From: a virus
DNA: 64,000 nucleotides
Virus record (IMG/VR): IMGVR_UViG_3300050821_006345
Location: 1 to 64,000 of that record
Strand: one strand, 5' to 3'
Shown: piece after piece, positions 56,985-64,000 of the stretch
Layout: the number at the start of each line of letters is the position of its first letter
How positions within the stretch are numbered: position 1 is the stretch's first letter
The notes under the pieces: model-generated
What the model was told of the DNA's origin: nothing
Databases searched by the model: none
Seen by the model: the letters and a program-made list of their open reading frames with translations, nothing else
Position numbers and translations under genes: made by a program

Positions 56985-59215
56985 TAGTTATTCAGCGATT
57001 GGTTGTTAATCAAATCTTGCAGTGCCAAATTTAACACACCATCTCCTTCTGGCAACTCCGACTGCGATTGTCTTCCGGTGATCCTTAATCCGGCGGTGGC
57101 CGTGTTGGAATCCATCTGCGCGGTTATTTTTTGTGGGTCTGATGGATCAAGCGAGTTGGGGTCTTTCACCTGCGAAGCGCCAACCACCACCGACACGTTG
57201 CCGTTGTGGTCGGCCTGTGCGACTGGCGAGTATATTCCAAGGCCCACGCTCTCTGTTGCGTATGAACCGCTGTTGTCGCTAAACCTGAAGGTGATTATTC
57301 GGTTGCGAATGACGCGGACAAGCTCAACCAAGTCAGATGCCCCAAGATTTTTCTTCGGGCCGAACGATACTTGCGTGGTTCCTTGGTCGACGTTCTCGTC
57401 AATTTGAACCACCATGGCGTTCATATCCTCCCAGTTTGGCGACATGTTAAGCACCTGCCCCAACTCAACTATTCCGCTGCATTCATCCTCCGTTATCGTT
57501 ATCTCGCCATCATATTGCAGTGCCTCCACCGATTCGTAGAGCAGCTTAGCCAGTCCGACTGGAACCGGCTCTGCATAGGTTATTCCCTGCGAGTTGTTAT
57601 ATGTGCCGCTGGCAGCCGACGTGGATTGAAGTGTGGTCTGAATGGGTGCGATGATCTGCTGGCCTCCCAATGTGTGGTAAAAAATGGTTGCTGTGACCTG
57701 TTCGCGGGAAGAGTAAACGCTCATCCAGTCGGCGATGGAGCCGGATATAAGCTCGTTGGGAAGCAGCGTGTAATCAATCGGATTCCCGTTTTCATCCACC
57801 GGATTCCGGCCGTTGAGCGTGATGGAGTCAACAATGACATCCGACTGACGGGCCAGCGGCCACTCCTTCCTCCCCTTCCACCAGTTAAAGGCGTCTCCAG
57901 AAGTAACCGACAGTCCATCCTGCATATCCGGCAGCGGGCTGGTCACCAAGTCCGCGTATGCTCCGGAGCTGTATCCGCGCAGGTCGATGGTGTTTATCAT
58001 CGCGCAGAATCCGTAGGTTGGCGATCCTGCGGGATAGACATCCACCACCCGCGTCATGTAGTTGAGACCATTCACGGTGTTGTTCTGCTCGTAATTAATT
58101 CTGACGAACGGGACTTTCAGGTCGTAGCGAGGATTGATGGAAACAGCGGACACGTCGGCCCCGCCCAATATCGGAACCAACTGGTCTGTTTCATTTCCAC
58201 TTCCTGAAGTAAGCTCGATGACCCCGAAATTAAACAATCCCGGAATAAGCACGGCATCCAGCGAGCTTCTTTGGTTGATGTGGAATGTGGGCGGCGTGGT
58301 TGAATAGTCAAACCACGCGACGGCATCTGGAGACCAACGCAGCTGGTTTCTAATAACCTCCGCCACCGATATATCGCGCTGTTCGGACACCACTGCCGGA
58401 ACTTCTGGAGAAACCGTGGCCGACCTATAATACGGCTTAGCCTGTGCCTGACTTGTGAGAACCGTGGGCGGAACCGTGGATGGAACGGTCTGGACTGCGC
58501 CCATCTGAAAAGCTGGCGAGCCAAGAATCTGGGTCTGGGCGTCCTGTGCATTCAGCAGTGCCTGCGTTATCTGCTGGCCAGTGTCCCTTACAAGACCGGA
58601 AAAATAAGTGACGCCAAACGAGCTTGTTATCTCCACGGTCTGCACCCGTCCATAGCTGTCGAAAATCCACGAGTTAAGGAAAACATGGCTGGTTGGCTGG
58701 AATCCGAATATTGCACCATCTGCCGCCCGAATCAAAAGATTGCCGTTGTTGTATGGAATGGCCGTCTTAAACCACGAAGGCCAGTTATGTGTGTGTCCGT
58801 CCGTGCCGACATACGTTCCGCCTACAATCGTTGACTGGTAGTCAGAGGATTGCGGGACGGCTGGGGGTGTCAGGTTTCTGATGTTGGTGATGAATCCAAC
58901 ATAGGTTTGCTCAAAAATCTGGTTCTCGAAGAAATACCACGGCCCGGATACCTCGTAGGAGTGTGACTCCTCCTGCGATGTTCCCTTCACCGGCGTCTTG
59001 GTTACGGTTCCTTGGAACCACGGAACTGTGTTCTTGTAAATGACGACCTTATCGCCAAAGTTAAGCTGGTTCGCGGCGTCGATGTTCTGGCCTTCGGCAT
59101 CAAAGGTGCAAGTATCAACGCCCTGCGACACCAGCTTGCGATGCATGTTCACAAAGAACCACGACGCAAATGACTGGGCTGGATGACCGTTCTGTGATAA
59201 AGTCCAAGTGGCCAT
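56984..59215 (-). CDS. Tail tip/baseplate hub-like protein
   Basis: Immediately after the tape measure gene; WFQGTV...YEVSGPW. Confidence 0.65.
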   Translation of the reverse strand: MATWTLSQNGHPAQSFASWFFVNMHRKLVSQGVDTCTFDAEGQNIDAANQLNFGDKVVIYKNTVPWFQGTVTKTPVKGTSQEESHSYEVSGPWYFFENQIFEQTYVGFITNIRNLTPPAVPQSSDYQSTIVGGTYVGTDGHTHNWPSWFKTAIPYNNGNLLIRAADGAIFGFQPTSHVFLNSWIFDSYGRVQTVEITSSFGVTYFSGLVRDTGQQITQALLNAQDAQTQILGSPAFQMGAVQTVPSTVPPTVLTSQAQAKPYYRSATVSPEVPAVVSEQRDISVAEVIRNQLRWSPDAVAWFDYSTTPPTFHINQRSSLDAVLIPGLFNFGVIELTSGSGNETDQLVPILGGADVSAVSINPRYDLKVPFVRINYEQNNTVNGLNYMTRVVDVYPAGSPTYGFCAMINTIDLRGYSSGAYADLVTSPLPDMQDGLSVTSGDAFNWWKGRKEWPLARQSDVIVDSITLNGRNPVDENGNPIDYTLLPNELISGSIADWMSVYSSREQVTATIFYHTLGGQQIIAPIQTTLQSTSAASGTYNNSQGITYAEPVPVGLAKLLYESVEALQYDGEITITEDECSGIVELGQVLNMSPNWEDMNAMVVQIDENVDQGTTQVSFGPKKNLGASDLVELVRVIRNRIITFRFSDNSGSYATESVGLGIYSPVAQADHNGNVSVVVGASQVKDPNSLDPSDPQKITAQMDSNTATAGLRITGRQSQSELPEGDGVLNLALQDLINNQSLNN

Positions 59216-62200
59216 TATCTGAACATCCTCCCTTGGTCAACCGTCTTTTTAATTCCTGCAACTTCTTCGTTGGTAGCCGCGAGCGACCGCAATAGCGTGT
59301 TCATGGTGTCTGGAATGATGGCCAGTGTTTTTTGAATCGCCGCGAGCATGGTCTGAACAGATTGTGTTGCGCCATGAGCGGCGTCGAGTGCCCCGCTGCC
59401 GTGCGGTGTGTCGCGATGCGCCGGAAAATCACGGTGGTATTGAGCGTCCTCTGATGGAGGAGTTCCGTAAGTTTTCTTGTGATCCGGAGATGTCCATGTG
59501 CCATCTCCGTTATCGATGTCTCCACGATCGCGATGGAATTCACGAACGCGGACGGCTGAAGCCTCTTTTCTGGCTGCCGCTTTAGCCTGCCAATCAGCTC
59601 CACCAAACTCCTGCTCCCACTCCTTGTCACGCCTTTCTTTATCTGATGCGGCTTGAGATTTATAGAACGCATCCCTTTCAGCCTCCGTGGTCGTTTTCCA
59701 CCCATTCTTGGCGGCATCAGCAGCGGCCTGCTTCTTGTAAAAGTCATCCTTTTCCTGACCAGACATATGTATATTCCATTTGTTTTTTACTGCGTCTGCC
59801 TCGCGTTGTTTTTCGTAAAAATCATCTTTTTCAGATGCGGTCGGATTTAGCCATCCATTTGTTTTGGCATCGTCTGATGCCTGTTTGGCGTAAAACGCGC
59901 GATTCTCTTCGGCAACCTGCGATTGAGACTTCCCAGAATCGTCCCTCCAACCGTTTGTGGCGGCGTCAAACTCAGCCCATTCAGCCGCTGATGAAGGAAT
60001 CTTGTTCTTATACTTAGCCACCACATCCGATGGAACAACGATTTCACCCTTGTGAACGATTCCGGCCACAGCGTCGGGATGACCATCTCCTGTATATCCG
60101 CCGTCGGCGAAGCCAGGAAGACCAGAAGTGGATGGCTTTGTAACATCCGGACTAGCAGCACCCTTGACAGCCAATTCCAGCCTAATAGACTCTAGAATCC
60201 TGATAATTTGATACTGCTCGCCGGCCAGTGATTGCTTGTCCTGATCCACTGCAAGGCCAGGTGTTCCGGCGTTGTTGTCCGGATTAAACACGGCCGCGTG
60301 CTGGCGGATTATGTCTGCAATCGGCGCGCCCTGCTCGCCCAGCGCGCGAATCAAATTAAGCAGGTTTTCTCGCCCTTTTTCAAATTCAACCAGCTTCAGC
60401 TGCATCTCAATCATCTGGTTGTCACGGTCGGTGCGTATTTCTGGACGCTTCGCCAAGGCGTCGGCTGCCGCAGTGTCTATCCTATCCTTGGTATATCTGA
60501 GATTGTTCAGTTGATGAATCTTGTCGATGGCCGATGTTCCAGCCGCAACAATCTGCGGCACGGTCTCCGTCTTCAGCACCTCCTTAAGTGATTCATTGGC
60601 CAGCGTCAGCTGCGCCTGCCTGAACTGCTTGTCAAATGCGGTCTGGCGGGCGGCCATTTCGCCAGCATAAATCGGATCATTCTTTCCGCGAAGCGGGTCG
60701 TTGGCGTTGCCGTAAAGCTTGTCTTTTTGCTGCTGAAGGGCGTTTAAATTTTCAGGAGTGAGAACGTTTGCCGCATTTAACGCTGTTGTATTAAGACTGG
60801 CGGCGGCGATGTCTGCCGCTGCTTGCGCGTTTCTTACTGGTGCCAATTCCTCCCATAACTGAGACCTTTGCAAATAAAGCTGCGTTATCTTTGCCAAATC
60901 CTGTTTTTGCTCCTGAAGCGCATAAATCAGTTTAACGGTGTCTCCAGCGTTGCCAATCTGACCAGTCGCTCCTTGGTTTGATTGATTGTAAAGCGCCGCT
61001 GCCGCTTCGGGGTGGTCTTTGGCCAAATCTTGAACAGCTTGGTTGATGCTTTTTATAGGGCCTTCGCCCATGTTCTTGTATTTATCTAGCGCGTTAACAA
61101 TTGCCGGAAGATTGTCGGATATGGCCTTTGGCAACTCGGCCTTTTTACTCATCATCTTGTCCGTCGGAGACTGCGTTGAATCAAGCAGTGACTGGATATA
61201 CTCCTGTTGTGCCGCCGCCTTCGTCACTTTCTGCCCCTTGTTCGTCAGAGCGATTCCGGCACCCTTCATTTGCTCCGCAAACTCTGGCGTTCCGTTAAGC
61301 AAGTCGCTTATGGAATCATCTGTTCTTTTAAGGTTTGTTGTTGTGTTTTCAGCTTGGCGAGCCCTGTTCTCGGCAACTTTGTTGGCAGCATCATAGGCAG
61401 CTTCCGCCGCCGGAACTGCGTTCCTTGCATCATCAATCTCTTTCTGCTTGGCGGCAATGGCGGCCTCATCAGTTTTATTGGCCGCATCCATCTTGTTGCG
61501 GGCATCCTGTAGCGCTGTTTGCGCCTTCTCCTTTGCCGCCTGATCGTCGTTGATTAGTCCCAATGTCCGCATCAGCTCAATGCGCGTATTCAAAAGATTT
61601 ATCTCGCCTGTTTCGTGGGAGGTAAGCTCGGCAAACTGGGCATTGATGGCATTGGTGGTGTTGGCCATCTGCGTCTGAAGCACGTTTGTGTCCTTCATTA
61701 TCCTCTGAATCTCTAGATGAAATTTATACGCGCTCTCGGAGATCTTATCATTCATCTCCCTGACTCCGTTCAGGTCGCCAACCAGACCTGGAACATGAAT
61801 GGCTTGCCCCATGAAGTCTTCAAACGCCTTGTCCGCCTCTTGGGTGCTTTCCTTTATCTTTCTAAATATGCCCTCAATCGCAAAGAATCCAACCGATGCA
61901 GCTGTAAGTGCCGGAAGAACCCCTGCGCCCTTCAGCCCAAGAGATGAAAGAAGGAGTCCAAGAGAACCGGGCGTTCTTGAAACATTGCCCGACATCAACT
62001 CGCGCGTAATCACCATCGCCTCGCGCATGGCCACTGTGTTTCCGTGGGTTGCGCCGGTTTCAGCGTGTTGCCCGGCTGCTGCTGCGAGCGCCGCTTCAGC
62101 AAGTTGTTTCTTGACAAGTGCCGCCTCGCGTTCCGCGATGGTATCCCTGATCTGAATCGCACTGGAAGATGCCAAAACCGTCGCATACTTGGCTTGCGTC

Positions 62201-62937
62201 GCCTCCAGTGCCACAGTTTCAACACCCGCAGCCTTCATCACTGGCAGCTTGGCAGATATTGCATCGTGCGCCTTCTTGATGGCAAGATACTCGGCCTCGG
62301 TGGAAATCGTGAACGCGGCGGCAGCAGCCGTTGATGTGGTCTGTGCCTCGGCAACAGATGCAACCGATGTCGCCAAAGCCTTGTTGTCTGCTATGGTCAT
62401 CTCGACATATTTGTCGTAGTCCTCCAGCGCGCCTTCAAGCTGCTCAATGCGGGCTTTCTGCACAACTGTGGCCTCTGATGCCTTGGTTCTCGCCGCCACT
62501 AGCTTGGTTAACTGGTCTAATTCCACCAGCGCGGCGGCCTGTTGGAATTTGTTTCCAATGGCCAGACCTTCTGCGTTCGGCGACGACGGCGGAGGATTTC
62601 TATATTCTGATAATGGCGTCCTTGGACTTGGATCACCCATTGCGATATTTACCGGAAGGCCATCTCCTCCAGCGTGCGACCCAGTGATTTTGATGTTCGC
62701 TTCACGCTCCGCTTTTAACTCCCGCCAAGCAACCAACTGTGCTTCCAGTGATTCGGTGGTCTTGGCGATGGCCTGATCCTCGGCTGCACTGATGGTTAAC
62801 GAAGAATCGGCACGCGACTTGGCCGCAGCTTCAGCCGCCTTGTTTGAAGCGGCAAGCTGGTCGAGCGTGGACTTTGCTTCCTTAGCCGCCGCTAAATCGG
62901 CAGCTGTAGAAACTTTAATGATTATTTCATCTGGCAT
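59215..62937 (-). CDS. Tail tape measure protein
   Basis: 1240 aa, Ala-rich helical, central hydrophobic segment, GFADGGYTG...AGIVHKGE motif. Confidence 0.85.
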   Translation of the reverse strand: MPDEIIIKVSTAADLAAAKEAKSTLDQLAASNKAAEAAAKSRADSSLTISAAEDQAIAKTTESLEAQLVAWRELKAEREANIKITGSHAGGDGLPVNIAMGDPSPRTPLSEYRNPPPSSPNAEGLAIGNKFQQAAALVELDQLTKLVAARTKASEATVVQKARIEQLEGALEDYDKYVEMTIADNKALATSVASVAEAQTTSTAAAAAFTISTEAEYLAIKKAHDAISAKLPVMKAAGVETVALEATQAKYATVLASSSAIQIRDTIAEREAALVKKQLAEAALAAAAGQHAETGATHGNTVAMREAMVITRELMSGNVSRTPGSLGLLLSSLGLKGAGVLPALTAASVGFFAIEGIFRKIKESTQEADKAFEDFMGQAIHVPGLVGDLNGVREMNDKISESAYKFHLEIQRIMKDTNVLQTQMANTTNAINAQFAELTSHETGEINLLNTRIELMRTLGLINDDQAAKEKAQTALQDARNKMDAANKTDEAAIAAKQKEIDDARNAVPAAEAAYDAANKVAENRARQAENTTTNLKRTDDSISDLLNGTPEFAEQMKGAGIALTNKGQKVTKAAAQQEYIQSLLDSTQSPTDKMMSKKAELPKAISDNLPAIVNALDKYKNMGEGPIKSINQAVQDLAKDHPEAAAALYNQSNQGATGQIGNAGDTVKLIYALQEQKQDLAKITQLYLQRSQLWEELAPVRNAQAAADIAAASLNTTALNAANVLTPENLNALQQQKDKLYGNANDPLRGKNDPIYAGEMAARQTAFDKQFRQAQLTLANESLKEVLKTETVPQIVAAGTSAIDKIHQLNNLRYTKDRIDTAAADALAKRPEIRTDRDNQMIEMQLKLVEFEKGRENLLNLIRALGEQGAPIADIIRQHAAVFNPDNNAGTPGLAVDQDKQSLAGEQYQIIRILESIRLELAVKGAASPDVTKPSTSGLPGFADGGYTGDGHPDAVAGIVHKGEIVVPSDVVAKYKNKIPSSAAEWAEFDAATNGWRDDSGKSQSQVAEENRAFYAKQASDDAKTNGWLNPTASEKDDFYEKQREADAVKNKWNIHMSGQEKDDFYKKQAAADAAKNGWKTTTEAERDAFYKSQAASDKERRDKEWEQEFGGADWQAKAAARKEASAVRVREFHRDRGDIDNGDGTWTSPDHKKTYGTPPSEDAQYHRDFPAHRDTPHGSGALDAAHGATQSVQTMLAAIQKTLAIIPDTMNTLLRSLAATNEEVAGIKKTVDQGRMFR

Positions 62938-62997
62938 CTGGCCGTAAGATTAAGCCAGATTCAGCCAAGACACAACCAGCCGATTACCGCGAGAAGA

Positions 62998-63351
62998 TTA
63001 GAACGGAGCCTGTGGGTCGGATGAAGATGTGCCGGATGAAGTCGTGTAGAATGGACGGACTGTATTGTTGTTAAAATCCACTTCCTCTGCCGGATTGTAA
63101 TTCGGAATTGGCTGAACTGTCGGCCAAGGCGATCTCGGCACAATTTGTGGGCGACCTGGCGGGATGTTTCGCGCCGCGTTGGTTTGTCCGGCACGACGAA
63201 TCAATTCTGGCTCTGCAAACGATGGTTTATTGCGCTTCTTTGGCCTCTTTTTGCCGCACTCATCGCAATAGTGGCCGGGAGGCACGTCTGGACAATAACG
63301 GCACTTCTCGGAGACTGGGGCTTCAACCGAAATGTTGGCGTCACTTGGCAT
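62998..63351 (-). CDS. CxYC family paralogue 6
   Basis: EKCRYCPDVPPGHYCDECGKKR followed by a Pro-rich tail. Confidence 0.7.
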   Translation of the reverse strand: MPSDANISVEAPVSEKCRYCPDVPPGHYCDECGKKRPKKRNKPSFAEPELIRRAGQTNAARNIPPGRPQIVPRSPWPTVQPIPNYNPAEEVDFNNNTVRPFYTTSSGTSSSDPQAPF

Positions 63352-63490
63352 CGAGGTCTTTAATCTTTGGCTTCGGCACGGTGAAGCACTCGAAGCAATG
63401 AGCGCATCGAACCCGTTCTCCGGCCTCAAACTTCTGGGCGTCGACTGGTTCCATGACCAGCGTGCAGTTGGGACATTTGATTTCACTCAT
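63341..63490 (-). CDS. 49-aa MJ0042-type Zn-ribbon protein
   Basis: Manual translation MSEIKCPNC...VRCAHCFECF. Confidence 0.65.
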   Translation of the reverse strand: MSEIKCPNCTLVMEPVDAQKFEAGERVRCAHCFECFTVPKPKIKDLDAK

Positions 63491-63570
63491 AATTAAAAAG
63501 GCGACTGGCGGCAAACACGAACCTTACTTAAGATTTCAGGTCGCAATTGGCTTGCAATCACCAGTCGCCA
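63491..63570 (-). terminator. Hairpin + U-tract directly before an ATG (terminator or attenuator)
   Basis: GGCGACTGG (63500) / CCAGTCGCC (63561), then TTTTT on the minus strand. Confidence 0.5.
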
Positions 63571-63575
63571 AACTT

Positions 63576-64000
63576 TTACCGCATCCGCGCCCATTCGTCA
63601 AGTTGATTTGAAAACTTGGCAATGGTTTCATTTCCGGCCAGACGAAGATTCTCCAGATCTTCATCGCTTACACCGTCAATCGGAAACGGATGCTTCAGCA
63701 CCGGCTGGATGCGGACGTAATCCTTTCCAATCATCTGCTCCATTTGATAGTCCACGTCCTCGCTTCCAGCCTCAAACAGCATTTGAACAGTGGCAGCGGC
63801 GGCTCTTATCGCTCCGCCGTTTATCATCTTTTCGGGATTGATGGATGCGGAAGACGAGCCACAGCCAAGCGAAAGGATTTTTACATTAAAATCGTCTCCC
63901 CAGAGCTTCACCGCATCGGCATAGGCGCACAGCGAAGGATTATTTGCGACATTCCCACCGTCCCAGAACACCTTGTCGCTCCAAGCATCTGGGCAGGAAA
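63576..64000 (-). CDS. Patatin-like phospholipase, C-terminal part
   Basis: WDGGNVANNP, ILSLGCG, YVRIQ; possible frameshift near 63979. Confidence 0.85.
   Translation of the reverse strand, partial: SCPDAWSDKVFWDGGNVANNPSLCAYADAVKLWGDDFNVKILSLGCGSSSASINPEKMINGGAIRAAAATVQMLFEAGSEDVDYQMEQMIGKDYVRIQPVLKHPFPIDGVSDEDLENLRLAGNETIAKFSNQLDEWARMR

Noticed and set aside
1..64000. Stop-codon reassignment
   Set aside because: Long conserved genes are intact in the standard code; breaks are frameshifts, not in-frame stops

Overview
This window is part of a large tailed dsDNA bacteriophage genome (standard code; no rRNA or cellular housekeeping operons). A Verrucomicrobia/PVC-group host is a weak inference from protein style only. 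It encodes an intein-containing terminase large subunit, a distant TerS-like gene, two replication-initiator-like genes and an RtcB plus WGR/ATP-dependent ligase repair pair. It also encodes an N4/N6 DNA methyltransferase, two radical SAM enzymes, a stand-alone TnpB, an intein-containing AAA ATPase, a BCS1-like AAA ATPase, four glycosyltransferase-like genes and several phosphoesterases. A MuF-like head protein is flanked by probable processed polyproteins, and a tail module ends in a tape measure protein. The strongest unexplained signal is a six-copy leader module: sigma70-like promoter, then a covarying hairpin with an invariant GAAGA pentaloop (lambda boxB-like), then a purine-rich run into the ATG. 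A small protein resembling the P22 N arginine-rich peptide is also present, so an N/boxB-like RNA regulatory system is a candidate. Other signals: a 112-nt RNA with two T-arms and an Ala-type acceptor, a six-member Zn-ribbon paralogue family, strong YGGCCR enrichment, C4-like leader RNAs, and recurring Asn|Ala/Gly/Ser putative cleavage sites. All family assignments come from reading motifs by eye; no searches were run.
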